DNA of 39,639 nucleotides, from the NCBI GenBank assembly GCA_045533845.1, contig JAZSIN010000022.1, positions 1 to 39,639 of the forward strand, read 5' to 3'. This DNA comes from Eubacteriales bacterium. Its GTDB lineage: Bacteria; Bacillota; Clostridia; Oscillospirales; CAG-272. The position numbers and the translations under genes were made by a program. The notes beneath the pieces were generated by a model, which saw only the letters and a list, made by a program, of their open reading frames with translations, searched no databases and had not been told where the DNA came from. Below, in pieces: positions 17,859 through 27,112 of the stretch. Numbering within the stretch: position 1 is the first letter of the stretch; every line of letters begins with the position of its first letter.

Positions 17859-18739
17859 TCGTCCCTGTACCCGAAATTGCCGACGAGGTTTGAGCTGTCG
17901 CGCCAATTTTCCTTGACCTTGACCCAAAGGTTCAGATAGACCTTCACACCGAAGATCCGCTCCATCTCCTCTCTCGCGTAGCTTCCGATCTTCTTCAGGG
18001 TATCGCCCTTCTTTCCGACGAGAATCCCCTTGTGCGAATCCTTTTCGCAGAAGATCTCGGCGCGAATGCGGAGAAGCGTCCCCTCATCCTTGAATTCCTC
18101 GATGACGACCGCCGTACCGTGCGGTATCTCCTTGTTCGTCGAGCGCAGGATCTTCTCGCGGATCACCTCCGCCGCGATCTGCCGCTCGGTCTGGTCGGTC
18201 ACGATGTCGTCGGGGAAGAAAAATTCAGATTCTGCAAGGAAGGGATCGCACTCGAGGAGCAGCTCCTTCACGTTCTTTCCACTTCGTGCCGAGATCGGCA
18301 CGAAGGCGTGGAAGCTGTGCCTTTCGTTATACGAAGCGAGGCAAGCGGCGATCTCCTCTTTATTCGAGAGGTCGATCTTGTTGACCGCAAGAATGGCGGG
18401 CGTTCCCGACTTCTTCAGGTAGTCGATGACGTTCTGCTCGATCCGACCGGGCTCTCTCGCAACGTCGACGACGAGGATCACGGCGTCCGCCTCGCGCATC
18501 GTCGTATCCGCCGCCTTCACCATGTAGTCACCGAGCGTATTCTTCGGCTCGTGCATACCGGGCGTATCGAGGAAGACGTACTGATTCTCCCCGACCGTAT
18601 GGATGCCGACGATCTTGTTTCTCGTGGTCTGCGGCTTCGACGAAACGATCGCCACCTTTTCCCCGAGAATTGCATTGAGCAGCGTCGATTTTCCGACGTT
18701 CGGGCGACCGACGATCGCAATAAATCCTGTCTTTTTCAT
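17855..18739 (-). CDS. era: GTPase Era
   Basis: G1 GRPNVGKST, G3 DTPG, G4 NKID, and a C-terminal KH domain (GILVGKKGDTLKKIG). ATG 18739. The upstream part of the ORF (to 18991) is Arg/Ser-rich and non-coding-looking. Confidence 0.95.
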   Translation of the reverse strand: MKKTGFIAIVGRPNVGKSTLLNAILGEKVAIVSSKPQTTRNKIVGIHTVGENQYVFLDTPGMHEPKNTLGDYMVKAADTTMREADAVILVVDVAREPGRIEQNVIDYLKKSGTPAILAVNKIDLSNKEEIAACLASYNERHSFHAFVPISARSGKNVKELLLECDPFLAESEFFFPDDIVTDQTERQIAAEVIREKILRSTNKEIPHGTAVVIEEFKDEGTLLRIRAEIFCEKDSHKGILVGKKGDTLKKIGSYAREEMERIFGVKVYLNLWVKVKENWRDSSNLVGNFGYRDE

Positions 18740-18785
18740 ATCTTCTGTCCTTTCTTCCGGAAATTCCCGTTTTCTCTCTGTCCCG

Positions 18786-19280
18786 TTATTCGGGCTTGAT
18801 CCCGCTCTTCTCAAGATACGAAAGAAATCCGTCGTCCTCGAGAAGCGAAAACTTAAAATTAAAATCATCGATGTAATTGACCATCGCGTATGCGACCTCA
18901 CCCGTGTACTTCGAGCCGCTCGTATAGCCCGACACCGTGACCGTAAGCTTGTCCCACTCGACCGAATACCGACGGATGACGTACGTTCCACCCTCGTATT
19001 CTCGTTTGCTCACCGTTTTATAGGAGAATCCCTTGAAATCCCGCCACGTGATCGCCTCGTTCTTTTCTCCGAGCCCGTGCACGTAGGTGATCGGGATCTT
19101 GTTGCCCTCCACCGTGGCAGGCTTCTTCTTAAACAGATTGCTGTTGAAAATGAGCTCCCCTGCGACCCAGATGGTCACGATCACAAGGAGCGTAACGATC
19201 GCCGCGATCAGGCGGACGTGGTTGTCGAGAAACCGCTCAAAAGAAGTCCGCTTCGTACGTCCGTAGTCTTCGAAGCCCAT
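18786..19280 (-). CDS. Hypothetical N-terminally anchored membrane protein (one TM plus an extracytoplasmic domain of about 120 aa)
   Basis: TM LIAAIVTLLVIVTIWVAG. The ATG overlaps the ybeY stop by 1 nt (TAATG). I recognise no motif. It occupies the slot where dgkA/cdd sit in the B. subtilis operon. Confidence 0.6.
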   Translation of the reverse strand: MGFEDYGRTKRTSFERFLDNHVRLIAAIVTLLVIVTIWVAGELIFNSNLFKKKPATVEGNKIPITYVHGLGEKNEAITWRDFKGFSYKTVSKREYEGGTYVIRRYSVEWDKLTVTVSGYTSGSKYTGEVAYAMVNYIDDFNFKFSLLEDDGFLSYLEKSGIKPE

Positions 19281-19759
19281 TACGCCACCTCCAGCCCGAG
19301 CCGCTTCATCACGGCTCTCTGCCTCTCGCGCATATCCCTATCCTCCGCTTCGCCTCTCTCGTGATCGTACCCGAGGAGATGGAGCACCGAATGCGCGGTC
19401 AGGAATGCGACCTCCCTCGAACGGCTGTGGCCGAATTCCTTTGCCTGCTCCTCTGCGCGTTCAAGCGACAGGACGATATCCCCGAGCGACACCGCGTCGT
19501 CCCCCTCGGGAAGTGCCTCGCCCGTAAAGAAATCAAATTGCGGAAAGGAAAGAACGTCGGTCGGGCGGTCTATCCCGCGATACGCTCGGTTGAGCTCGCG
19601 GATCCCTGCGTTGTCGGTAAAGGTAACCGAGAGCTCGCACTGATGCGTAAAGCCCTCAAAGAGAAGCGTTTCCCTGACCGTCCGTCTGATGAGACGCTTC
19701 AGGTATTCCGACACCATCCGTCCTTCCTGCTCGTTTTCAAAGTATAATTTCACCCTCAT
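19280..19759 (-). CDS. ybeY: rRNA maturation endoribonuclease YbeY
   Basis: Metal-binding motif HSVLHLLGYDH, about 159 aa. The start overlaps the phoH stop (ATGA). Confidence 0.93.
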   Translation of the reverse strand: MRVKLYFENEQEGRMVSEYLKRLIRRTVRETLLFEGFTHQCELSVTFTDNAGIRELNRAYRGIDRPTDVLSFPQFDFFTGEALPEGDDAVSLGDIVLSLERAEEQAKEFGHSRSREVAFLTAHSVLHLLGYDHERGEAEDRDMRERQRAVMKRLGLEVA

Positions 19760-20811
19760 TTCTGTCTCCGTTCACCGTTTTTCGGATTTGCGCCCGTGCG
19801 CCCGTTCTCGCGGTGATCCTCTTTCGCATTGTCCTTTTTCCGTTCCCTCGTCTCGTATGCAAGAATGATCTCCTGCACAAGGCGATGCCGTACGACGTCG
19901 CGGTCGGTGAAGCGGTGGATCGCGATATCCTCGATCCCGTCGAGGATCTCGGTCGCGTCCCTGAGTCCCGATCTCTGCCCGTACGGCAGGTCGGTCTGGC
20001 TCGGGTCGCCCGTGATCACCGCCTTCGAGCCGAAGCCGAGACGCGTCAGGAACATCTTCATCTGCTCGACCGTCGCGTTCTGCGCCTCGTCGAGAATGAT
20101 AAAGCTGTCGTCAAGCGTCCGTCCGCGCATATACGCGAGCGGTGCGATTTCGATCACCTGCTTTTCAACAAGCCGCTGATAATTCTCAACGCCGAGCATC
20201 TCGTACAGCGCGTCGTACAGGGGGCGCAGGTATGGGTCGATCTTGCTTTGAAGATCGCCCGGCAAAAATCCGAGCTTCTCGCCCGCCTCGATCGCGGGGC
20301 GGGTCAGAATGATCCTTGCGACCTGCTTCTCACGAAGCGCGCGGACCGCCATTGCAACGGCGAGGAAGGTCTTACCCGTTCCCGCAGGACCAACGCCGAA
20401 GACGATCGTATTCTTTTTCATTTTTTCAACGTATCTCTGCTGACCGACCGTCTTCGCCTTGATCGGCTTTCCCTTTGCGGTCGCGCAAATGAAGTCCTCG
20501 CCGTAGCCCTTCAGCTCCTCCTCGTCCCCACTCGCGACCGTCGAAATGATATACGCGGTCTGCTGATCGGTCACCGTCTCGTCTCTTCGCGCGATCTCAA
20601 CGAGATACGAGATCGCACGCGTGGCGCGCTCGACGCTCCCCGACTCGTCACCCGAGATCACGATCGCATCCCCATTTCCCGCGGCGCGGTTGTAGATCCG
20701 AACCGAAAACGCCTTTTCCACCGCTCGCGCGTTTTTATCATAGCTTCCAAATACGCGCGACGTCATTTCGGCGGTCTCGGTCCTTACGAGCCTTGTTTCT
20801 TCTGCGGCCAT
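19756..20811 (-). CDS. phoH: PhoH-family ATPase
   Basis: Walker A GPAGTGKTFLAV, Walker B FIILDEAQN, ITGDPSQTDLP. ATG 20811 has a GGAAGGA RBS. An alternative TTG start lies at 20838. Confidence 0.9.
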   Translation of the reverse strand: MAAEETRLVRTETAEMTSRVFGSYDKNARAVEKAFSVRIYNRAAGNGDAIVISGDESGSVERATRAISYLVEIARRDETVTDQQTAYIISTVASGDEEELKGYGEDFICATAKGKPIKAKTVGQQRYVEKMKKNTIVFGVGPAGTGKTFLAVAMAVRALREKQVARIILTRPAIEAGEKLGFLPGDLQSKIDPYLRPLYDALYEMLGVENYQRLVEKQVIEIAPLAYMRGRTLDDSFIILDEAQNATVEQMKMFLTRLGFGSKAVITGDPSQTDLPYGQRSGLRDATEILDGIEDIAIHRFTDRDVVRHRLVQEIILAYETRERKKDNAKEDHRENGRTGANPKNGERRQK

Positions 20812-20830
20812 ACGGTCACCATCCTTCCGT

Positions 20831-22054
20831 TCATTCAAACAGTTCTACTTCTATATTCTGTGTCCTTGCGATATTTTCAATGCACCTGACCGTACAGTAC
20901 AGTATGTACGCGTCCTCCCCGATCTCATATGAGAGCCTCTTTTCGAGCACGCCCTGCATCTCGGGAAGTGAAAGCAAGGCCTCCTTCAGCCGGTGATAGG
21001 CGATCTCCATCGCGCGCTCCTCGGTATATTCGCCCGTCTCAGTCACGACCGTGCGTGAGGTCAGGACCGACAGCCCGATCGGCAGAGGCTTTCCGAACAC
21101 CGACAGATACCTGAGCCGCTCCGAAGCGTGCTCCCCGTCGTAGTCCTTCCCCGTATAGAGCGTGTATTCCCGTCCGAACAGGTGAAGGACGTACCGTTTT
21201 CCCGCCGTCTCCGTGTATACGTCCCTTTCGTATCGATACGGAACGCGGATCTCAAACGTGCGCTCGGTCTCGGCATAGATCCTGCCCTCCGCACGCGTAT
21301 AGCGAATGCCCGCAGTTACCGAATCGTAGACGCCGCTGACGAGCACCTCACCCGCACGCACCGCCTGCCCCGATCTGACGAGAACATTCCCGCGCAGCGC
21401 CTCGACCGAAACGATCACGCCATCGTGCTGTGCAACGAGATTTGCAGGAGAGGTATCCCCCGTTCGGTCGGGTGCGGTCTTTTCGCGGATCTGTACCTCG
21501 GCGACGTTCCCGATCAGATTGACCGTGATCCAGGAGATGCGCTCCGAATTCAAGAGAAGCCGATTTTCGATCGAATCGACGTCGATCCCCGGAACGTAGT
21601 CGAACAGCGACAGTCCCGCCTCCGTCAGCTCCGCGATCACCTCGCTTTTCGAGAGGGTGCTGTTCCCCGTCACACGGATCTCCCACAGATGCGTCGAGGA
21701 GACGGTCGCGAGGACTACCGCGAGGAATGCGCCGACGATGAGCCCGGGGCGCAGGACGAAAAACCGTCCCGCCTCTCTGATCCCACGGCTGTTCTCCACA
21801 GCGATCGGAATTCCGTGTGCCGTGCAGAGGATCCGAAGCTTCTCTGCTGCGGCATAAGACAGGGAGAGCGAAACGCTCCCGTCCGAGCGCGTTTCAAGTG
21901 CTCCGTACGGGATCGAATGCCTGAAGGAGAGATCCAGAAGCGCGGTCGCGTACCGCGCTTCGCACGAAAGCGTCACCCGCCCGATGAAAAAGGCGAGGAG
22001 GGAGAGCCGCTTCCGTCCTTCTCCGCGTCTCCGCGAAAGGATGCGCCGCTTCAT
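20831..22054 (-). CDS. yqfD: Sporulation protein YqfD (stage IV sporulation family)
   Basis: GRVTLSCEA... N-terminal region, a central TM (LRPGLIVGAFLAVVLATV), and WEIRVTGNSTLSKSEVIAELTEAGL, typical of YqfD. ATG 22054 overlaps the yqfC stop (ATGA). The ORF is open to 22264. Confidence 0.85.
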   Translation of the reverse strand: MKRRILSRRRGEGRKRLSLLAFFIGRVTLSCEARYATALLDLSFRHSIPYGALETRSDGSVSLSLSYAAAEKLRILCTAHGIPIAVENSRGIREAGRFFVLRPGLIVGAFLAVVLATVSSTHLWEIRVTGNSTLSKSEVIAELTEAGLSLFDYVPGIDVDSIENRLLLNSERISWITVNLIGNVAEVQIREKTAPDRTGDTSPANLVAQHDGVIVSVEALRGNVLVRSGQAVRAGEVLVSGVYDSVTAGIRYTRAEGRIYAETERTFEIRVPYRYERDVYTETAGKRYVLHLFGREYTLYTGKDYDGEHASERLRYLSVFGKPLPIGLSVLTSRTVVTETGEYTEERAMEIAYHRLKEALLSLPEMQGVLEKRLSYEIGEDAYILYCTVRCIENIARTQNIEVELFE

Positions 22055-22413
22055 TCGGACTCCTCCTCGGTGCGGGGCGACGGGGATCTCTCCGAAAGCG
22101 CTTCGCCGAATCGGTCGAAATACACACCGCCGATCCGCCCCTCGATCCCGAAGAGATCTGCGAAATACGCCGTACAGGTCAAGCTCTCTCCCATAACCGT
22201 GACAGCCCCATCGCGCGTGTCGAGTCGTATTGCTTCGGGGGAATAGGACAGGATCCTTCTGCATCCCCGAACGGTGACTGTGTTCTGACCGCGAAGCTCT
22301 GCCATAAAGCCGTTTGTCAAGCCCACAGCATCCGACGGGATCCCGAGCATCGTCCCAATGCGCTCTCTCAGCGGCGTCCCTCTCTTTTCCTTCCGTTCAC
22401 GTGCCTTTCCCAT
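22051..22413 (-). CDS. yqfC: Sporulation protein YqfC
   Basis: YqfC-like core, and it sits immediately upstream of yqfD. Core sequence: AELRGQNTVTVRGCRRILSYSPEAIRLDTRDGAVTVMGESLTCTAYFADLFGIEGRI. Confidence 0.8.
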   Translation of the reverse strand: MGKARERKEKRGTPLRERIGTMLGIPSDAVGLTNGFMAELRGQNTVTVRGCRRILSYSPEAIRLDTRDGAVTVMGESLTCTAYFADLFGIEGRIGGVYFDRFGEALSERSPSPRTEEESE

Positions 22414-22502
22414 AGCTCATATCTCGCCTCCGCATCACATAAAATACCGTATCGGACGTCGAACGCCGATCGGTTCATTTTATGCAAAAGGAGCTTTCAT
22501 AT

Positions 22503-23531
22503 ATGACGGACACACGGATAGGTGCGCGGCAGGAGCGTCGCGCGAGACGGCTTTTTCATAGGGGACGCGCATCCCGTCCCAGATACGAGAGCGGCGTCAT
22601 TCTTCTGTCCGCACTGCTCTTCTGGTTTATTTTGAGAGCGCCTCTCTCTGCGGCGGAGGCTGCGCGGAACGGACTCGCACTCTCCGTGCATTCGGTCCTC
22701 CCCTCGCTCTTCCCCTTCCTCGTCCTCGCGTCCCTTTTTATGGAAAGCAGCATCGTAAGACGCATCGGGCGACGGGTATCCCCCGTCACCGAGGCTCTCT
22801 TCGGTATCTCGGGAGAGGGCGCGGGTGCGCTCCTGCTCGGACTTTTCTGTGGATTCCCGATCGGCGCACGCGCAGTCATGGGAGCGTACGAGCGCGGAAG
22901 TCTGTCAAAGGAGGAAGCCGAGCGGCTTTTGCCGCTTGCAAACGGACCGAGCTTCGCCTTTCTCTTTTCCGCGGTCGGGTGCGGACTGTTCGAAAGCCCC
23001 GCCTTCGGGCTTTCGCTCTATTTTTCTTCGGTAGCCGCGTCGCTGCTTTGCGGGATCCTGCTCCGTCTCCTGTTCGGGAAATGCGAAGGCGCCGTCGGAT
23101 GCGAAGGGTCATCTCCCCCCGAGGCACTCCCCACGCTTTTCGTCCGTGCCGTCACGGACGCGGGAGGGGCATCGGTATCGGTCACCGCCTTTATCGTCTT
23201 CTTTTCGATCCTCTCGGACGCGCTCTCGGCACTTCTTCTGTCGCTGAGGGCACCCGAATTTCTCTCGCTTCTGCTCTCGGGACTCCTTGAGCTCTCGAGC
23301 GGGACGAAAAAAGCCGCAGAAACGGTAAGCGGTCTCTGCGGCAGGATCGTTTGCGGATTTTTTGCGGGATGGGGCGGACTGTGTGCCCATCTGCAGGTGA
23401 TCGCAACGGTAGAACGCCCATTGCCGGACAGAGCACGGAGGAATACGCCTTCCTTCCGCTCTTACTTTCTTTGTAAGGTTCTGATCGGTCTGTTCACAGC
23501 CGCCCTCGTTTCGATCCCGGCAGCCCTTTGA
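22503..23531 (+). CDS. ylbJ: Sporulation integral membrane protein YlbJ (nucleoside-recognition/Gate-domain family)
   Basis: NGLALSVHSVLPSLFPFLVLASLFMES, GLFCGFPIGARAV, multiple TM helices. AAAGGAG RBS precedes ATG 22503. The ORF is open from 22482. Confidence 0.75.
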   Translation: MTDTRIGARQERRARRLFHRGRASRPRYESGVILLSALLFWFILRAPLSAAEAARNGLALSVHSVLPSLFPFLVLASLFMESSIVRRIGRRVSPVTEALFGISGEGAGALLLGLFCGFPIGARAVMGAYERGSLSKEEAERLLPLANGPSFAFLFSAVGCGLFESPAFGLSLYFSSVAASLLCGILLRLLFGKCEGAVGCEGSSPPEALPTLFVRAVTDAGGASVSVTAFIVFFSILSDALSALLLSLRAPEFLSLLLSGLLELSSGTKKAAETVSGLCGRIVCGFFAGWGGLCAHLQVIATVERPLPDRARRNTPSFRSYFLCKVLIGLFTAALVSIPAAL

Positions 23532-23537
23532 CCGTTC

Positions 23538-24101
23538 TTATTCGTACTGTGCGCGCGGACCGCCGATGTATTTCGGACGGGTCCTCGCCGCGAGGATCAT
23601 CGCTTTTCCGATCTGCCCCTTCGGCAGTCTCACGGGAACTGCGACCTCGCGAAGGTGCATTCCGATCAGCGTACCGCCGATGTCAAGCCCCGCGTGTGCG
23701 CGGATGTGCTCGACCGCAACGGGCTCCTCGAAATTTCGCCACGCCGTATACGCGAGCGAGCCACCCGCCTTCGGCTTCGGGCAGACCGAAACCGCATCGT
23801 AGCCGTATCGCTCGGCACACGCGCGTTCGAGGATGAGCGCACGGTTCAGATGCTCACAGCATTGTACGGCGAGAAAAATCCCCGCCTCCCTGAGGATCGG
23901 CGACGCCGCGCGGTAGACCGCCTCTGCGGCTTCAAGCGAGGAATTCTTGCCGATCTGTCCACCGACGATCTCGGAGGACGAGCAGCCGATGACGAGGATG
24001 TCTCCCCGTCTGAGTGCGGCAGCGTCAAGAAGCGCGCGGATCGCCTCCGCAGTCTCCTCCTCGACCGCCGCCATGTCAAGGATCACTTCGTTTCGTTCCA
24101 T
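23538..24101 (-). CDS. UPF0340 / TIGR01440-family (DUF436) protein
   Basis: LVIGCSSSEIVGGQIGKNSS, LAVQCCEHLNRAL, AGGSLA, GLDIGGTLIGMHL. About 187 aa from ATG 24101. Confidence 0.7.
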   Translation of the reverse strand: MERNEVILDMAAVEEETAEAIRALLDAAALRRGDILVIGCSSSEIVGGQIGKNSSLEAAEAVYRAASPILREAGIFLAVQCCEHLNRALILERACAERYGYDAVSVCPKPKAGGSLAYTAWRNFEEPVAVEHIRAHAGLDIGGTLIGMHLREVAVPVRLPKGQIGKAMILAARTRPKYIGGPRAQYE

Positions 24102-24117
24102 ATCGTCCGTGCAGAGA

Positions 24118-24843
24118 TCAGCCGTCGTACGCCTCGGTGTCGCAAAGCACCGTAACGTTCGGATGGAGCAGGAGAAGGGTCGCGGGGCACTCGGTCGTGA
24201 CCTTTCCTTCAAGGAGGCGCATCAATGCGTCGTGCTTTTCCTTGCCGCTGACGAGCAGGAGGATCTCCTTCGCCTTAAGGATCGTTCCGATACCCATCGT
24301 AAGCGCGTGGGTGGGGACCTCATCCTTCGATGCGAAGAAGCGCGCGTTTGCCTCGATCGTGCTTTCCGCAAGCTCGGTCACGTGGGTCTCGGGGATCAAT
24401 TCGCTTCCGGGCTCGTTAAAGCCGATGTGACCGTTCCGTCCGATGCCGAGCACCTGAATATCGACCGGTCCGAGCGACTCGACGAGCGCCTCGTATCGTC
24501 CCGCCTCTGTGGCGCCGTCTGCGGCGGTTCCGTCGGGCACGTAGGTGTTTGCCTTATTGATGTTGACGTGGTCAAAGAGGTTGTGGTTCATAAAATAGCG
24601 ATAGCTCTGCGCGTTGTCGGGCGTGATCGGATAGTATTCGTCGAGGTTGACGCTCGTAACGCCCGAAAAATCGACCTGTCCGCGCAGGAACTTGCTGACG
24701 AGGCAGCTGTACGTTCCCTCGGGGGTAGAGCCGGTCGCAAGGCCGAGAATGCTGTTCGGCTTCTGCATGATCTGCATCGCGATCATTTCGGCAGCAGCCG
24801 CAGACATTGCGTTATAGTCGGGATAAGTCTGAATTTTGAACAT
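24118..24843 (-). CDS. nagB: Glucosamine-6-phosphate deaminase
   Basis: LGLATGSTP, VTSVNLDEY, LGIGRNGHIGFNEPGS. 241 aa. Confidence 0.93.
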   Translation of the reverse strand: MFKIQTYPDYNAMSAAAAEMIAMQIMQKPNSILGLATGSTPEGTYSCLVSKFLRGQVDFSGVTSVNLDEYYPITPDNAQSYRYFMNHNLFDHVNINKANTYVPDGTAADGATEAGRYEALVESLGPVDIQVLGIGRNGHIGFNEPGSELIPETHVTELAESTIEANARFFASKDEVPTHALTMGIGTILKAKEILLLVSGKEKHDALMRLLEGKVTTECPATLLLLHPNVTVLCDTEAYDG

Positions 24844-24893
24844 GGTATTTACCGTCCCTTTATGTTGTAGTTTATTTTATATCGAAATCAAGA

Positions 24894-25808
24894 TCAGTCC
24901 TCGGAGAAACGGAGGATCGTCCGCATTCCGTCGAAGCCGCAGACTGTGTTCGGGAAGATGCTGCGCGCCTCTCTTTCGAGGAATTCCTCGGGCTCCTTCA
25001 TTGAGGGGCTGTAATGCGTCAGCCAAAGCGCTCCCACGCCCGCGTTTCCTGCAAGCGCCGCGGCATCGCGGTAGAGCATATGCCCCGCCTCCTCGGCGCG
25101 TGCCTCCTTTTCGGGATCGCCGTACATCCCTTCACATACGAGAAGGTCGCTTCCCTCTGCCATTTCGGAGATCACGGGGTTCGGACGGGTGTCGGTCGCG
25201 TACGTGACCGAAAGTCCCTTTCGCGGAGGTCCGAGCACCTGATCGGGGGTGTAGATCTCCCCGTCCCCCTCGATCGCCTCCCCCTTTTGAAGACGACTCC
25301 AATACGCCATCGGAACGCCGTTCTCCCTTGCCTTTTCGGGATCGAACCTCCCCGCACGGGAGATCGACACGCGATAACCGTAGCACGGGATACCGTGCTC
25401 AAGCTGAAAGGGCGTGATCTCGTAGTCCCCGACCGTGATCGGAGACGGAGCCTCCCCGTCGAGCTCGTACATATGGATCGGGAAGGACGGAGCACCGACG
25501 ACGAGCAGTCCGCGAAGCACCGTCTCGAGTCCCTTCGGACCGATGACGGTCAGCGGCTCCTCTCTCCCCTCGTTCCCCATCGTCAGGAGAAAGCCGGGAA
25601 GACCGCTCGCGTGGTCGGCGTGGTAATGCGTGAGGCAGAGGACGTCGATCGGCTTCATCGTGACGCCCGCCTCCTTCAGGGCGATCTGCGTCCCCTCACC
25701 GCAATCGATGAGGAGAGAGCTCCCTTGGTAGCGAAGAAGGCAGGTCGCGAGCCAACGGTCCTTTCTCGGGACGGTTCCGCCCGTTCCCGGCAAGATCACT
25801 TCAAGCAC
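24894..25808 (-). CDS. rnz: Ribonuclease Z (metallo-beta-lactamase fold)
   Basis: GTGG N-terminus, HxHxDH motif LTHYHADH, C-terminal LTHYS. GTG 25808 is preceded by GGAGGG. The upstream ORF extension to 25940 runs across the promoter and terminator and is not coding. Confidence 0.85.
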   Translation of the reverse strand: MLEVILPGTGGTVPRKDRWLATCLLRYQGSSLLIDCGEGTQIALKEAGVTMKPIDVLCLTHYHADHASGLPGFLLTMGNEGREEPLTVIGPKGLETVLRGLLVVGAPSFPIHMYELDGEAPSPITVGDYEITPFQLEHGIPCYGYRVSISRAGRFDPEKARENGVPMAYWSRLQKGEAIEGDGEIYTPDQVLGPPRKGLSVTYATDTRPNPVISEMAEGSDLLVCEGMYGDPEKEARAEEAGHMLYRDAAALAGNAGVGALWLTHYSPSMKEPEEFLEREARSIFPNTVCGFDGMRTILRFSED

Positions 25809-25854
25809 ACAAAGCCCTCCCTTCTCTACGGCATTCGCTTTTATCACATCTATT

Positions 25855-25883
25855 ATTATATCGAATCGTCCCCGATTTGTCAA
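25855..25883 (-). promoter_or_regulatory. rnz promoter, perfect sigma-A consensus
   Basis: Minus strand reads TTGACA (25883..25878), 17 nt, TATAAT (25860..25855). Confidence 0.7.
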
Positions 25884-25896
25884 GCAAAAAACAGCG

Positions 25897-25931
25897 AAAA
25901 AAAGCCGAGCCGATGCAGATTTTGCATCGGC
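25897..25931 (-). terminator. Rho-independent terminator of the LRR surface protein gene
   Basis: Minus strand: gccgatgca, loop aaatc, tgcatcggc, then tcggcTTTTTTT. Confidence 0.6.
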
Positions 25932-25948
25932 CCGTACCATTTTAACGG

Positions 25949-27112
25949 TTATTTTTTCTTTTTCTTACCGTTCTTTCCGTTCTTCTTCGGATCGTTCTTC
26001 CGAACGGTCTGCGAATCCTTCGTCACGTTCTTGCCCGAACGGACGAGGAGAACGGCACCGACGGCGATCGCGATCACGATCACAACGAGCAGAACGAGGA
26101 AGACGATCGGGGTGTCGTCAGCCTCCTCCTCGGGCTTCTCGGTCCCCGCGTCCTGCGAGGGATCGGTCGTCGTCTCGGAGGGATCGGTCGTTTCCTGTGC
26201 ATCCTTCACGTATACGACCCTGACCTCGAGATCCGCGCCCGGCATCGTACCCGAGACCGTTTCCTTTCCCGCAGGGATCGTGTAGCCCTCGACGGTCGGC
26301 GTCGTGACGCTGTATGCGCTGTCCTTCGCGTATTCCGCGACGTGCGCGGGCGCGAGCTCGTTGCCGTTTTCGTCAACGTATCTGACCGTCAGCGTACCGA
26401 CGAGCTTGATGACCGTCTTTTCGACGCCCTCGGTGTTTTCGAGCGCGGTATCATCCCATTTCGTAACGCTTTCACCCGTTGCGACCTTCTTCAGTGCCGC
26501 GCAGTTCGCGAACGCCCTTGCGGGGATCTCCGCGAGGGTGCCGCTGAGAGATGCGAATTCAAGCGCCGAGCAGCCGCGGAACGCACCGCCTCCGAGCGTT
26601 GCGAGCGACTCTGCGGAGATCGACTGCAGGGTCGTGCAGTAGGCGAACGCCTCTTCTCCGATCTCGGTCACAGTCGCAGGGATCTCGATCTCGGGAAGTG
26701 CTCTGTTCATCCAGAAGGCGTACTTACCGATCGACACGAGGTCCTTCGACTCAATATTCACCGACTCGAGTGCGGTGCAGTAATAAAATGCATAGTCACC
26801 AACCGACGTAACGCCCTCCGCGATCACAAGCTTCTTGATCGCAGGCGCGTATTCTGCCCACGGGACCTTACTGCCGGATTCATAATCGGTCATGTCTCCC
26901 GTGCCCTTGACCGTAAGACGTCCAAGCGTTCCGTTGAATTCGTACTGTACACTTGCTCCGCAGCTTCCCGCGTCGGTGTCGGGTGCCTTGACGCTCTGCT
27001 TCGAGCCGCCACAGCCCGAAAGGAGCAGCAGAGACAGGAGCATCGTGAGGACGAGCAGGACGGACAGGAGCGAGCGAAGCGCCCGTCTCCCGAATTTCTT
27101 TTTCGTGTTCAT
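25949..27112 (-). CDS. Cell-surface protein: lipoprotein-type signal, BspA-type leucine-rich repeats, a MucBP-like domain, and a C-terminal TM anchor with a poly-Lys tail
   Basis: Signal peptide and lipobox LLLLSGCGG. LRR_5-like repeats (VTSVGDYAFYYCTALESVNI, LVSIGKYAFWMNRALPEIEIP, VTEIGEEAFAYCTTLQSI, LGGGAFRGCSALEF, IPARAFANCAALKKV). MucBP-like segment TLTVRYVDENGNELAP...EGYTIP. C-terminal TM IVFLVLLVVIVIAIAVGAVLLV plus the tail ...KKNGKNGKKKKK. Confidence 0.75.
   Translation of the reverse strand: MNTKKKFGRRALRSLLSVLLVLTMLLSLLLLSGCGGSKQSVKAPDTDAGSCGASVQYEFNGTLGRLTVKGTGDMTDYESGSKVPWAEYAPAIKKLVIAEGVTSVGDYAFYYCTALESVNIESKDLVSIGKYAFWMNRALPEIEIPATVTEIGEEAFAYCTTLQSISAESLATLGGGAFRGCSALEFASLSGTLAEIPARAFANCAALKKVATGESVTKWDDTALENTEGVEKTVIKLVGTLTVRYVDENGNELAPAHVAEYAKDSAYSVTTPTVEGYTIPAGKETVSGTMPGADLEVRVVYVKDAQETTDPSETTTDPSQDAGTEKPEEEADDTPIVFLVLLVVIVIAIAVGAVLLVRSGKNVTKDSQTVRKNDPKKNGKNGKKKKK

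Noticed and set aside
25949-26110. The C-terminal hydrophobic helix plus basic tail of the LRR protein (and of the SBP at 3812-3960) as a sortase, exosortase or other sorting signal.
   Set aside because: No LPXTG, PEP, GlyGly or similar motif precedes either helix. The cytoplasmic tails (about 25-35 aa) are longer than typical sorting-signal tails. I interpreted them as plain TM anchors.
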